64,000 nucleotides of DNA from Octopus sinensis (lineage: Eukaryota): assembly GCF_006345805.1 (NCBI RefSeq), contig NC_043013.1, forward strand, positions 37,324,001 to 37,388,000, read 5' to 3'. The notes below the pieces were generated by a model, which worked only from the letters and a program-made list of their open reading frames with translations, did not search any database and had not been told where the DNA came from. The translations under genes and the position numbers were made by a program. Of this stretch, positions 39,677-57,409 are shown in pieces. Each line of letters opens with the position of its first letter. Position 1 is the stretch's first letter.

Positions 39677-40649
39677 TTAATGCGCTAAAGGATGTGACGA
39701 GCAAAATACATCAAACGCCAGTGTATATGCAATCCGTGAATAAATAAACTTAGCTAAGGTTGTCGTATATAAACACGCTGTGGAAACAATATTGTTATTT
39801 TGGTGTAACCTTTGCGATTGTTATTTACACTCATTCTGGCCTACCCTATGAATTTTTATTAATTTTTAAATTCTTTAATTGTTACACTAGTAGTGGCTGT
39901 ATGAAAAAGAGCTCACAGAAAGCGCAGTGAACTCCAGCCATTTTTGCATTATATCCATAGTTTACACTTGTAAAACACATCTTCTATGCAAGAAGGTGAC
40001 ATAAATTGTCGGCTGCTTTCTGTGCGAAGATCAGTGAAAATTATCAACGGACAAAAGACATATGTATTTTCTACGTAAGAAAATGGAAGTTGTGGAACAC
40101 ATTTCCTTAACAAACAAGAATTAACATACCAAGCTAAATTGTACCGAACGGGAATTAAACATAGATCTTCTGTTCAATTCTCTAAAGGTCTTGACTATTG
40201 CTCAACACCATTTGTATAACCTATATCTTTTGAATCAGCTGTGAGTTTCTAAATAATTTTCTCTCCGATTTCTTTATATATAATATAGTAATCCCCAGAA
40301 GAAATATATTCGATAGCAAAAATACAAACTAATGCACGAAAACGACGATAATGTCGTATATTACTCTCCGACTCAGGATAATAATTCCTTCATATTTTGA
40401 AATGTCTCTTCTACTCACAAACATAATATGAGCAATTTCCAGTGGAGAGAGGAAACAAGAAAAAAATACAGTAAATCTTATAATACAAGCATACTTCGAT
40501 TACGTGCGAGAAAACAAGCATAATTTTCTTACCTAAGCCCTTCGACCATTCTTAGTTTTTAACTGGAAATCCCATGCGGTAACAACAATGATATTTTTCC
40601 TCTGAATAAGGTCAGTGTTAATAGGATGCTCGATTATATACATGCTTAT

Positions 40650-42025
<1,376 letters not shown>

Positions 42026-42316
42026 GTTAAAATGAGTAAAAGTCGCAGTCAGCCGCTAAAAAAGAGAATATTTGGTAATACATAATGAATACAGTATACA
42101 ACTGGTAAACGAAGAAATTGAGACATAAGTAATAAAGAGGTGGATGAAGGAGAAAGGTGTAATAATTGAAAGAACAAGAGTAACTGAAGCAACAACGATG
42201 TCACATTATATATGAGAATCAGTGAATTGTAGGCATAGTCAGAGAATGAGAATGAATCGGAGTTATATTGAGAGTATAACTAAATTCATTTACATATATA
42301 TGTATATATAGGTATA

Positions 42317-42530
42317 GAGGGAGAGTTTACGGAAAAAAACAAAAGACGAAGACAAGTGGTGTACAAAACAAACAGATGTATTAGTATAACGCTCAGGAAT
42401 AGAAAAAGTCTTTTACGTTTCGAGCCTACGCTCTTCTACAGAAATGGACACAGAAAACAAGGAAAGAAACAAGGAGATAAAAATGTGTGTAGTGGCTAAC
42501 GATCTGTCATGGCGTCTGACTCGGACATAT
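42317..42530 (-). mobile_element. Hammerhead-bearing short repeat, family H1 copy 2
   Basis: Aligns to the other H1 copies on both sides of the hammerhead (cgccatg..agatcgttagc; tatactaatacatct; cacc.c.tgtc.tcgtcttt). Confidence 0.8.
42409..42446 (-). ncRNA. Minimal type-I hammerhead ribozyme-like fold (variant core CUGUAGA-A)
   Basis: CATTT-CTGTAGA-A-GAGC gtag GCTC-GAAA-CG-T-A-AAAGA; only 3 bp of stem I remain. Confidence 0.5.
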
Positions 42531-43084
42531 ATAGGTATACTTGGATTTATGTTTAATTGCATACATGTAAATAGTATACATGTTTTTATATATATATATA
42601 GTATACATTTTTATAGGTTTGCTTACTGAATTAATTTACCGATACGGTTTTTGTACATAGGGTAAGTGTGTTTCTTTTTTGTAGTTCAATTAATAATCTT
42701 AGTGTTTAATCCTTCTTAGAATCAAGATTGAATGAAAGTGGTGATATCTAAGGTTTGTTCCCAAACAATACTTATTGTAGTGCTGTTGCCATCGCCGGAT
42801 TGAATAGTACTGCCCAGGTGTGGAAACCATAGTGTAACGGTGGGGCAGCTGATGAAGGTATGTTTGATTGTTGGTATGACTGCTATTGTATGTGCGGAAT
42901 ATTTTTATAAGACATCCATTTGATGTATATAAACAGACATGCAGGAAGTAAATAGACAAATTCCATTTTCAAAATTTCTGATCTAAACGTCTTAATATGT
43001 TTTCAGCAAAGTAGAATTTACAATGTAATTATTCTTTTTTTCATTCCAGGTGCCATTATATTAAACATTTGCGAAGAGTAACCC

Positions 43085-43420
43085 TGCCACGCATAAAAAA
43101 TCAGCAGAACTGCCAGATGTTCAAAGAGGTCTTGTGGGCAATCTGAGACTGGTCTCAGCCAGCGAAAAATTGTCGAAAATCTTCAAATTCCTTTTACTAC
43201 TATTCATAGATTTATAGTTCAATTCAAAAGCCAAGGAAAAGAATCAACAGAATCTCGCCCCGGCCGACCTTGACTCTCGGAAAGAAAGTTTCGATATTGA
43301 AGAGAATAGTGGAAAACGAACCGCGTTCGAAGGATTTGTCGAAGAACGTGTGTTACATATCTGCATAAGCTTGGGTATTATGGTCGAACAGCTAGAAGAA
43401 AACCTCTCCTTCACCCAATT
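43085..43420 (+). mobile_element. Tc1-like transposase N-terminal (DNA-binding) fragment, pseudogene
   Basis: ETGLSQRKIVENLQIPFTTIHRFIVQFKSQGKESTESRPGRP* (paired-like HTH plus GRP), ILKRIVENEPR, LHKLGYYGRTARRKPLL; the DDE domain is absent. Confidence 0.8.
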
Positions 43421-43459
43421 AATATCAAATAAAAGATTTTGAAAATTAAAGGTGTCTAT

Positions 43460-43870
43460 TTACTAGGCACAATGTCTGCAAATTGTTGTAGAGGCGATTT
43501 GTGGATCACATGAATTCCACTGCAAGACTGGTACATATTTTATCGCATCCAAATTGATGAAATGATATATCAACCGCAGTGGATTGTGAACTCAGAACGT
43601 AAAGACCGGCGAAATACCCCCAAACATTTTTTTCGGCGTGCTAGCTATTCTAACAAACTAAACAAGGATTTCAAATTTTGGCACAAGGCAAGCAATTTCA
43701 AGGGAGGGTGTTAACCTATTACATTGATCCGAGTGATAAACTGGTACTTATTTTATCGACCTCGAAAAAATGGAAGGCAAAGGTGACCATGGTGGGATAT
43801 GAAATCAGAACATAGAAATGGACACAATGGAACTAAGCAGTTTGTTCATACTGCTGATAATTCTAGCAAG
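43460..43870 (-). mobile_element. Two degenerate SINE family A copies
   Basis: ggtacatattttatcgcatcc / ggtacttattttatcgacctcg and gaactcagaacgtaaagac are reverse complements of family A parts. Confidence 0.65.
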
Positions 43871-45504
43871 TTAAAGAATAAGAATAATTGTCACTATTTA
43901 GAGAAATCTATTTTGAGGACATTTTATAGCTAGGAGTTCAATAACTGAGTGAACTCGAAAAAACAAGACGTACTATTACAGATATTTCGTCATATCAAAA
44001 GAACATGAGTGGTTTCATCGTATTTTTAAGGAACTACTATATAATAGTTATTTTTGGGTAATGGAATTCACAATTTCACAGGTCATGAAAGGTGGTCTCT
44101 ATTTTTTCAGGTCAAACCATACAACATTTCTTCACATCTAATTTATTTACAATTGATGAATAATTTAAACGCAATATTCTGGGAAAATAATCAAATAAAT
44201 ACCAGCGATAACATGTATAATGTTTAGTTTCTATAGCCTAAGAATATTCTTGGCGATTTCGGTACAAGAGCATTTGAAATCGTGCAACTTCTTGTGGTGC
44301 ATTTTGACTGAAGTAACCTGGTGTGTATCTCAATAAGCCGTTTTATTTTTTTAGAGAAAAATATATGTGTGGGCTTCTAAGCAAATGTCTCATCGGCAAG
44401 AAATAGCAGCCAAGCTTTCCTCAAATCACTTTTTAACGTCTTTTTTAACAATGCAGAACGCATTGTATTATGTTGCACCAGACACAATATGTCAGACGGA
44501 TAAAAGCTTGATGGTTTCAACCAGTGTGCGTTTGTTCATCTAGAACTAATTAAGAATAGAAACATTTCAGTGTGCTACAATACAATTTATATTCATAATA
44601 TATTACTACGTTAAGCCTTGCTGAAACGGTAATAATTGCTTTTGTTTTTATGTCGAGTCAAGATATGATAAGAGAGCAATTGATTATTTTCAGCAGATTA
44701 ATAACTTACTCTTCATTTAAGAAAAAAAGCATGACGTGACATGCTTATCGTATCGAATTGAATGTTTTGTATCTACTGATCTGATGAACTCAAACTATGT
44801 GTAATAAAATATAACTCCATGCTATATATTCAGTAAACAGAAGTGAAAACATCTTTAATAGCTTATATATTAATATGCTTCCAACGTTCTTAGTCTTGCT
44901 GAGAAGAAGAAAAAAATGTAACCCTGGCATTTGCAAATGAAAAAAACTATGAATATTACCAAAAAATATTAATATTGATAATTTTTCCTTTTTTTTTTAA
45001 AGAGAAAATGTTGAAGAAATCATTTCACAAAGTGTTCACCTCTTGTAAATTATTAGCGTCATTCAAGAATCAAGAAGTTCAATATATTTATTGCATCTCC
45101 TTCTATGAATCTAAAGTACTGTACTATTGTTTAGTAGTGACACTATTTAAAGCTAGTGTTTGTCGTTGGAGGCGGTGATGTTGTTTAACTCCAATCAGAG
45201 CTGATTCAGCAAGCTTATCGCTAAAATTATTCCAGGTCACTATCTGGTTTATTTTATGATTTTTTCTTTGTGAAAATAGTTGTGTGTGGTTTGAGGAAGA
45301 CCCAGATACTTTCACTAGTGGATCGAGCAGACGACAGTCTCGCTTTGACTCGTAACATTCAATGTGTGACAGTGAGAAGGTTAATCGGAATTTAATCAAA
45401 AATATGGCACGGCTTCCACTATAGAAGCTATACAGTTTCAATATCTATACAGCCAATTTATACGGAGTGCAGGAACTGGTTCCATTATATTATATATATT
45501 TAAA

Positions 45505-45719
45505 GGCGGTGAGACGACAGAATTGTCAGCACGCTGGGAAAAATGCTTAGCGGCATTTCGTCCGTCTGTATGTTCTGAGTTCAAAGTCAACCGAGGTCGA
45601 CCTTGCCTTTCATCTTTTCGAGGTCGATGAAATAAGTACCAATTGAACACTGAGGTCAATGTAATCAGCTATCCCCCACCCACAAAGTTTAGGCCTTGTG
45701 CTTATAGTAGAAAGGATTA
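45505..45719 (+). mobile_element. SINE family A, full length (tail type 2)
   Basis: ggcggtgagacgacagaattg...gttctgagttcaaagtc...ttgccttttcatcttttcgaggtcgat...tttaggccttgtgcttatagtagaaaggattat. Confidence 0.85.
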
Positions 45720-47369
45720 TATATCTATTCAAACAAAATACCAAACCAAAAGAGATTGGCGAAGTTTGCTGGTTCGTTCTTTTTAATGTCAGTGAGTCAT
45801 GTTTGTTGTTTCACGAAACTTGCTATTTACATTCTGCTTTCTCGTAAGAGTGTAGTCAGTTTTATCTTTCATACTTCTGGGGGTGTCGAAGTAAAGTACC
45901 AGTCATATAATAAGGATCAATTTAACGAAGTAATATCACAGTCAGTAAGCATTATGTCTTTTAGGATTTGGAAATGATATTCCTGTCATTTTATAAAATA
46001 AAAATGAGTGAATTCATCTCTCATAGTTCGAAACTCATTTGGGAAGGTGAAATATTTCAAGTTAAAAGATGAAGAATCAAATACAGTGAAAAAAGGGGAA
46101 ATTGAAAGGAGGAAATAGCTGTGAAAACTGATTGAGAGAAGATACTCGACAGGATTAGCAGCTCGTAACAGATGGCCGACGCAGTAATGAATCTAAGATA
46201 CGTATGCTGCAAGAAGGTATTTCATCACACGAAGAACTGTGTAATCTCAAAGGTATAAGACCGATACTCTCTCACTACACTTTTACAGAGCTCTTTACTA
46301 CTTTTATATGCCTGTTAAAATTCATAGCTAAAATCCTCTAAACTCCTGTCCTACTGTTATAAATAAAGGTATGTTGAATTAAGTAATTACACTCCTAAAT
46401 AGAAGAGCAGCCACTGGTGAAATGCCTTTGCTGACGATGGACCGGAGACTAATGAACAATTAAATTGTCACCTCTTTTTTTGGTCTATTGACTATATAGA
46501 AAAAAAAATGCTTGAAATTATTAGAAGAAAATCTTCAGTCAGTGAGGGAGGACTCTTAAGTCACCCCTTACTGCATCATGAACGTGATGGTGGCCACACG
46601 TTTAAGACATCTACTGGAGCAAACCCATTAAGAAAAGTTTTAAAACCCCTTTAATAACTTGTTTAATGAGCACATTTTCTGTTCAGTCGGAGCGAACACT
46701 GATACCAAGAGAAATATGCAACAGAAATTAGAACTGCTTTTATTTCTTTGGATTATAAATTCGGTCCAGCAAGCGTGGAGGTGTAACCAACAAAATGTTT
46801 CACGATATTTCTTCCGACACTGTACATTTTAGGATCAAATCCTGGCGGAAACAACGTTAATTCTCATTCCCGCTGGTCGATAAACTAAGGTAATAAATAT
46901 ATACAATAGACATCGGAGTTGATTGTAACTCCACTACCATTAAAAGTGCTGGTATTTTGGCTGAGTTATAATAAATTAAATACAAATAATTTGTAGTAGA
47001 ATAGTCGGAAAGACTTTGTGTTATGACGTTCAAACTATATCTCGTTGGCAAAAACAGTTGAGTAATTGGAATTTCATCGAAGAAAATATTCCATGTATGG
47101 TACATTTTAGCCTCCATCTTCTCCTTACCTGCAGGAGGTTACATTCTCTTTATGATTTACTAATCAGAAACCGGCCTGGTATTTAATATATTTTATATAC
47201 GTATATATATATATATATTTGTATTTTAGCGCGAACATTGGAAAGTGCGTTATTTATGTCTTTTCTGAAATAAAATGGATTTTAGAACCAAACCGGAACC
47301 ACGTCACGTTTACACCAGGCCGGCAGCTAAACTTTCGCGTTATAGACGTTTATTATATTTGCATCTAGT

Positions 47370-47376
47370 ATATATA

Positions 47377-47452
<76 letters not shown>

Positions 47453-48035
47453 CATCTATATATAGATAGTATATATATATATTTATATACACACACACAC
47501 ATATATATATTTATAGATAGATAGATATGTATGTGTATCACTTATAGATATGTATATGTATATGTGTACATATATATTATATAGATTTTGTTAACACATC
47601 ATTCGTTGTCAAATTCATTTGTCATCAAAATAATAACAATGATCCATCGGCAATAATACAAGATCAAATAGTTTCTCCGATATACTTGATAAGCTATATT
47701 AGTAATAAATTTTGCTATCTTCTAATATGAGGCAAAATGAAAATAAAATAGACAAAAATATAGATAAAAAAGACAAAAATCACCCTTTATCATTTATTTG
47801 CTCTGAAGAGAACTAATTTAGCTATTTTGTCAACTACTCCAGGAAATGCTAAAACTTAATCTTGCCCAATAGAATTTAACAATGTGAAATACTTATTGGT
47901 TTAGAACCATTCCAACCCTGAAGGGGTCAGGTAATTGGATAGAAAATAGGCAATGTTGTGTGTATGTAAGTGTACATGGGTATATACATACATAGATGCA
48001 CACAGACACATGTACACACATAGATACATACATAC

Positions 48036-48095
<60 letters not shown>

Positions 48096-48183
48096 ATATT
48101 GATATACGTACATAATAAATATGTATATATATATGGGGAGAGAGGGAAAAGCTGAATATGTATATGTATATGTATCTGTATAT

Positions 48184-48250
<67 letters not shown>

Positions 48251-48350
48251 GATATATATATATATATATATATATATGGGTGTATATGTGTGTGTATATA
48301 TATAGAGAGAGATAGATAAATAGATACATAAATACATACGTACATACATA
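47370..48350. repeat. Long (TA)n tracts with (CA)n and (GATA)n
   Basis: Direct reading. Confidence 0.9.
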
Positions 48351-48924
48351 TCAATACGCGTGTTTGCGTGAATGCCTGTATATGAGTCGCAACTAAATTT
48401 GATAAACTAGATGTAATAATACACTTATTACTGTCGCTACACTTGTTGCTCACTTCATATTTGTTGCTTATTCGCTTTCTAAGTGTACGGCGATGCCAAT
48501 TTCGAATTGGGTCTTGACAGACTTAGGATGTTTGAATATCAAAATAGATCACTGAATAAGCACTAGAAAAAGGATCTGTAACTGTGCATGTGCTGATAGC
48601 TACCCCACTTTGAAACAGGAAGCCACCTTTGTTTCCCAAATATTATTTATGCTTCTTGTTTTCAAATTATTTACTGGGTTCAGTCACCAGAGGGAAATAA
48701 AATGCTTGTTGTTCAAGAATGTGATTTTGCTTGGCATAGGAATGAGTACTCAGGTCGTGGGTGAATAGAAAACACTAGAAATACACGTTTTGTATATGAG
48801 GAGATGCATTCTGTCGTTGGTTTAGTGGAACAATATTTTAATTTAGGTTGCAAATTATATTAGCGGTAGAAAAGATATTTTGGTCGGGCAGATGTTCTTG
48901 ACAGAAAATAAGATAGAAATAAAA

Positions 48925-49523
48925 GGCGGCGAGCAGGCAGAAACGTTAGCACGCCGGGCGAAATGCGTAGTCGTATTTCGTCTGCCGCTACGTTCTGAGT
49001 TCAAATTCCGCCGAGGTCGACTTTGCCTTTCATCCTTTCGGGGTCGATAAATTAAGTGCCAGTTACGCACTGGAGTCGATATAATCGACTTAATACGTCT
49101 GTCTGTCCTTGTTTGTCTCCGCTATGTTTCGACCCTTGTGGGTAGTAAAGAAATAGGTATTTCGTCTGCCGCTATATTCTGAGTTCAAATTCCGCCGAGG
49201 TCGACTTTGATTTTCATCCGTTCAAGGTCGATTAAATAAGTATCAGTTACGCACCGGGATTGACATAATCGACTTAATCCGTTTGCCTATCCTTGTTTGT
49301 CCTCTCTGTGTTTAGCCTCTTGCGAGTAGAAAAAAAATAGGTATTTTGTCTGCCGTTACCGTCTGAGTTCAAATTCCACCGAAGTTGACCTTGCCTTTCA
49401 TCCTATCAGGTTTGATAAATTAAGTACCAGTTACGCACTGGGGTCGATGTAATCGACTTAATCCCTTTGTCCGTCCTTTTTGGTCCTCTCTAAGTTTAGA
49501 CCCTTGTGAGCAATAAAGAAATA
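48925..49523 (+). mobile_element. Head-to-tail trimer of SINE family A (48925-49156, 49157-49340, 49341-49523)
   Basis: Units 2 and 3 (~184 bp) both start at GTATTT(C/T)GTCTGCCG immediately after aaatag. Confidence 0.92.
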
Positions 49524-50934
49524 AGAATATAATATAGCCTTTGAACAGAAGCATTCCGAAATATTCTGTATTAGATTCTATTAGCTAATGAGTACATCAT
49601 TTTAAAGGAATGTATGTAAACAATACCAAATGCCCTTGAATCGTTCCAAAACAGAGTTGTTAATGATGTTTCAATCTTTTACACATTCCAGACAATGAGT
49701 TGGGGGTTATATCAAATATTTCACCTAATACCGAGCTTTATTATTGAGGGCATTGATTTACAACATGTCCGCAACTGATATACTCCATAGGTTTTGTTTC
49801 TTTAACACGTACATTAAGAGATTAAATGGATTAATACATCTTCAGCGTTCACAAGCATAACGTGGTGAGAAGCAATGTAATAAAGTTTGGTAAACTCACG
49901 GCGCATTCTAGATTCACAACGTGAGAATTATAGGGTACATTGCCAAAAAACAGTCACTACATTGCTTACATACATTTTTATGCGTATAAATCAGAAACGA
50001 GGAATGTATTTTTTTTTACCGAGTAGTGGGCCGCGCGAGATATAACTTATCTCGTGGACCGCACTTCTAAAAAGTTCCAGTTATATTTTATTTTATTTTA
50101 TTTTATTTTACGTGTGCTGTTCAGAAATCCCGCGTGCTACAAGTTGCACGTGACCGTGCCTGTGCTATAAACATGCTAATTCGGCGACTGGCTCTGGTAT
50201 AGAATTTTTAGCAGCATGAATTGCTATGGCGTTCTGTGCATTGTGTGCTACGAACGCATGAGCGTGAGAATTAAGGAAATGCGTGCTGCTGTATAATTGA
50301 CACAACTAATACAACGAGACCTGAGTTTGAAGACTTGTGTGTGAACTCCTGGATTCAATCTTGAATTTCTCATAAAACACCTACTCTGTTTCTAGCGCCT
50401 GATGAGATCGAACTTTCTTACGTGCTCACGAAAATTTAAGCTATGAGGAGCTGATTAAACTTTATTAGATATATGTATACACACACACATATATATATAT
50501 CATGCATATCTAAACATACATATATATACATACATATATAAGTATATATATATATATGTATACATAACGTTTGTGTGTATATATATATATGTGTATGTTT
50601 ATGTATATACGTACACACGCACACACACACACACGTGTGTGTGTATGTATGTATATATGTGTGCCTGTGAGTATGTGTGCGTGTGTAGAATCCTACCCAC
50701 ATATACGTATACAAGTACGTAGTTTTACTCTGATTAAGTGATGAAGTGTCACAAGGTTTTGGGAGTCAAAATGCATTGCTTCATTCGGTGCGGGCTTTTA
50801 CGTTATGGGTTCCAATGCCGGCGCGTTCAACCTTGCCTCACATTGTTTCAGATACGATAAAACAAAATGGAAATACTAATCCTCCCAGCTTAAAAATAAC
50901 TGGAATTGCGCTAAAGTTTCCAAGCATCATTATC

Positions 50935-50962
50935 GTAGTCGACGTTATCATCATCATCGTCG

Positions 50963-50993
<31 letters not shown>

Positions 50994-51169
50994 AATCATC
51001 ATCATCATCGTCGTCGTTGTCGTCGTCATCGTCGTCATCATCACCATCATCATAATCATCACCATTTCCGTTGTCATTGTATATATTCACTTTCTATAAA
51101 TGAATATATGGTCGACCATATACATCTATAACTATATCTCTCTATATGTATTTATTTATGTATGTAGGC

Positions 51170-51202
<33 letters not shown>

Positions 51203-51362
51203 TGTATGTATGTATGTTTGTATGTATGTATGCAAGCATGTATGTATGTTTGTATGTATGTATGCAAGCATGTACGTATGTATGTATGTATGTATGTATG
51301 TATGCATCTATCTGTCTGTCTATCTATCTATCTAGGTAACTAGATATATATATATATCCATT

Positions 51363-51415
<53 letters not shown>

Positions 51416-51440
51416 TATATATATTATATATATATAATCA
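50935..51440. repeat. (CAT/CGT)n, (TATG)n, (TC)n and (TA)n microsatellites
   Basis: Direct reading. Confidence 0.9.
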
Positions 51441-52080
51441 AACATACATACTTTCATATATATTTATATATGACTATATCGAATGATAAATGTGCAGTGA
51501 CTATGAATATCTAAAAGAGCAAATGATTTAGATTAATGTAAAAATAAAGAGAATATTTAGCCATTTTTGTAATTTGGGTAATGAAAACGGCTATTAGTGT
51601 CTAATTGCTTCACAAGATTAGACTATTTTGCAACATCATTCAACAGATGTTTATAATTATGAACGCTATTGGCTTCATCAGACAATGCTGAGCATAAATC
51701 CATGAAAATAATTAAAAATAGACCAGTCAACATTTTTTTTTCTCATTTTTTCTACGTTTAAATTAAAAAAACAAAACAAAACATTATATTGCATTTGATG
51801 TTATTTGAGGAAGTACTTTCCTATTACAATTCATTCGTGCATTTATCCACTCTTTCTATTTTGCTTTATTTCGGTTTTAGTTGAGATTCAGCCATGTTGC
51901 TTTTGTGAAAATGTTTCTTTTTCCTCCTTTTGTTTCATCTGATCGCATCGCATCATACTAGATATTGCTCATTACTAAATAATTCAATAATGACTTATTA
52001 TTGTTTGACTGCATATTCTATGCGAAGAAGCGTGTGTGTGTGTGTGCGCGCACACACTCACACATCCATATATATATGTA

Positions 52081-52139
<59 letters not shown>

Positions 52140-53329
52140 AAATATATATTTATTTCGTTTTTGGATTTGGTTTGCAAATATTATAAGGTACAAAAAAGAA
52201 AATGACTCTACCCAGACACAATATATATACATATGGGTGTGTGTGTGTGTGTGTGTGTGTAGTAAAGATTTTTTGCCAATATAACATGGCAGTCCTGGTT
52301 TAGGACGAATGTTGCTGTAATTTAGGCCCACGAGACATCGTCTCCAGCTGACTATAATACCCGATCTCTGCCCTTATATTTTCGAACAAGGGAATCTAGC
52401 ACCCCCCACTCAGCTCAATACAATATCTGTGTATAACCCGGAAATCACGGTACACAATCTTTACTACAATCTACTGTTGCTGAATATCTCACGTTGTGTG
52501 ATTTAAAAATAGTAATTTTCTAATAAATTTATATTTATATATACATATGTATGTGTGTGTACGCAAATGTCGAAGGATGACAAAGCGTGCTCAACTTGCA
52601 GTTGTCTCTTATCAACACGTGTTGATCAGTGTTGATCAGAGGCAGCTACCATAAAATTGATAAGAAACTTCTAAAAGTTGCGATTTGTGTCGCAAAAAAA
52701 CCTTAAAAAGTCTCTGATAAAGAATATCTTTGAAGAAATACAAATTGAAATGCATTAAACAGGAAGAATCTTTTGCGAATGTATGAAGTGTAAGCATTCT
52801 ATTGTAAATTTGGCGTTGCAAATAGCAATACGTCCATTTCACTAAATTTCTAAAATATCTGCGATTTTCAATCGAAAAAATCGCAGTCTGAATAACTCCT
52901 GAGTGAAACACTACACAATACATTTAAGGAAATGCCAACCAATATATATATATGTATATATATATATATAGAAAAGAAAAAAAGAAACCCTTACGAATAC
53001 ACGAAACGTAAACCGTGTATCGTATTATGCAGCACAAGGTATTACAATAATTTAATAAGGAGTACCAAATCTTCCACTGCCTTGGAAATACCCGTCTCTT
53101 AGGAAATACTGGATAACTCTCTTTGTCCATTTTCTGTCATTTATTGAAAGCTATTATTAGATGAAAGTAGAAAGTTATAATTGACATCAGGTCTTTCTCT
53201 CTGTTTTGCTTTTTACTTACGAGATTATTGTTTATACGCTCCTACGCTCTCATAAGTTCCCACATCAGCACACTTGATGCTATCTTTGATAATGAACAGA
53301 GCAAAGATGACAAGGATGGAAGCACGGAT

Positions 53330-54405
53330 GTAGGTAAAAGATGTTTTCCTCACTTGGTAGAAACTCAAGAAAACCAGACGAAGGTATAAGTGAGAAACTT
53401 GCCAGGAAATAAAACTCAAGTGCAAGTGCCCCTACCAGCATGAGGAGTTGAAAGAGCCAAAAAAGGGCAACCAAAAGATAAAACAACTAAGGGAAGAAGG
53501 AAGTCTGACCACCCATACAACAAAAAGGATAAAAAGAGACAGTACACACCAATATATAAATTCTACCTGAAAGGTATCTGTTGCCATGGAGAGGGAGGTG
53601 CGAGCTGCCGTTTTGCGCACCGAAGGACCTGAGCACCAACATGAAACAGGGTAGAAACCACCTGCCAAAAGGAAAGGATCACGTAGCACCTGACCCAAAA
53701 CGGAAATACGCACCGCAAACAATCATTTTTGTGCATGGCACGATAGATTGTACAGCAACTGGCCAGGCTACATCAATCTCACAGATGGTACTACCCCCAA
53801 TACACAAGACCACCACAGCATATGGATCCAAGGTGAACACCACTATCAACAACACTGATTTCAAATCATCAGAGATCTGTTAACACTTAGTAACAGGACA
53901 AAAATTCCTTTCCTGAGAGACCTTGTTGCATGCAATAAAACCTTATGCATCGCACTTAAGGAAACATACGTGAAACCAAATATAGCAAATGCAGAAATAC
54001 ACATACCACAGTATGTTGTATAACGGACTGACAGAAAAAGAAAGGAGTCACGGTGTAGATGCTATGTTCATCCACAAAGGTCTCACACCACAGGTCCTTT
54101 TGTCACACTCAAATTCAGTATGTGACACACTAATTGTTCATATAAGACAACTCGATATTGTTATATGTACTACATATCGCCCTCCAGATGTTCCGAATCA
54201 TGCAGACTAATTTGATGGCTGCCTTACAAAAACAGAACTTCTAGTTTCATTAGAACAACACTTAAGTGTATTTCCTATGGAAGACTTCAATCTGTCCAGT
54301 GTCGGATGGCCTGAAGGCCTTTTATTCTCAGGAATGGCGCGTTGCGAAGAAGGACATGTGAAGTCCCTCCTGAACTTCATCAATACTAAATTTAACATTA
54401 AGAAT
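53330..54405 (+). mobile_element. CR1/L2-group LINE remnant: ORF1 end (CCCH-like fingers) and ORF2 AP-endonuclease domain
   Basis: YKFYLKGICCHGEGGASCRFAH (zinc-finger-like); IPFLRDL, CIALKET, RTDR...HGV, IVICTTYRPP, MEDFNL (~GDFN) are APE motifs in order. Confidence 0.8.
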
Positions 54406-54489
54406 TTATTATGAAAGAATACTTACAATGTATATAGCAACAGGATGTAAGATATTTACCTAGTGTCAGCGGATGGAAAAAACTCTACT

Positions 54490-54910
54490 CTTTCACTCTT
54501 TAAGTTGTTTCAGTCATTGGACTGCGGCCATGCTGGAGCACCACCTTTAGTAGAGCAAATGGACCCCGGGACTTATTCTTTGTAAGCCTAGTACTTATTC
54601 TATCGGTCTCTTTTGCAGAACCACTAAGTTACGGGGACGTAACGCACCAGCATCGGTTGTCAAGCGAAATTTGGGGGACAAGCACAGACACTAACACACA
54701 CACACACGCACACGCACACATATACATACATATACATATATATATACGACGGGCTTCTTTCAGTTTCCGTCTACCAAATCCACTCAAAAGGCTCTATTCG
54801 GCCCAAGGCTATAGTAGAAGACACTTGCCCAAGGGGCCACGCAGTGGGACTGAACCCGGAACCATGTGCTTGTTAAGAAAGCTATGTACCACACAACCAC
54901 TCCTGCGCCT
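54490..54910 (-). mobile_element. SINE family B, full length, inside the LINE
   Basis: Complete head (...cacaaccactcctgcgcct) and tail. Confidence 0.92.
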
Positions 54911-55199
54911 CAAGGCAACATTGTTGATATAGCATATAATCATTTGTATTTAATCTACGAAAGCAAATTACTAATATCATTTTAATGTAAAGCGTAGCGC
55001 AATAAACATTGAATAATAATTTTGTGAGTAGAATTAGGGAATAGATGCGGTTCAAAGGTATATAACTACATATCTGTGATGCGTATATACATACAAGTAG
55101 GCACATACACACACACGTACGCACACATATACACACGCACTCATAAATACGCACATTACACGAACTCACAAAGCAACTGCTTTCACATGCATATGAACA

Positions 55200-57405
<2,206 letters not shown>

Positions 57406-57409
57406 TCAA

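Noticed and set aside
42782-42858. Acceptor and strong donor (gaag|gtatgt) exon candidate
   Set aside because: Stops in all frames from the best acceptor; the shorter alternatives are unsupported.
46857-47117. ORF containing WNIFFDE, and a nearby WPP, as a Tc1 catalytic domain
   Set aside because: Isolated short matches; the intervening motifs and spacing are not recognisable.
47893-48453. Longest ORF in the track (186 aa) and the many YI/CV/HT-repeat ORFs
   Set aside because: Stop-free only because (TA)n, (TG)n and (CA)n lack stop codons in those frames.
48925-49523. Regularly spaced repeats as a CRISPR-like array
   Set aside because: Units are ~184-bp SINE bodies without unique spacers, in a eukaryotic context with no cas genes.
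50395-50450. CTGATGA...GAAA as a further hammerhead
   Set aside because: No convincing stem II closing on GAAA and stem I does not pair next to the core.
51655-51690. Minus-strand CTGATGAAGCC motif
   Set aside because: No downstream GAAA or stem II partner.
52859-52886. 10-bp hairpin CTGCGATTTT/AAAATCGCAG
   Set aside because: Real but short and isolated; cannot be tied to a function or element.
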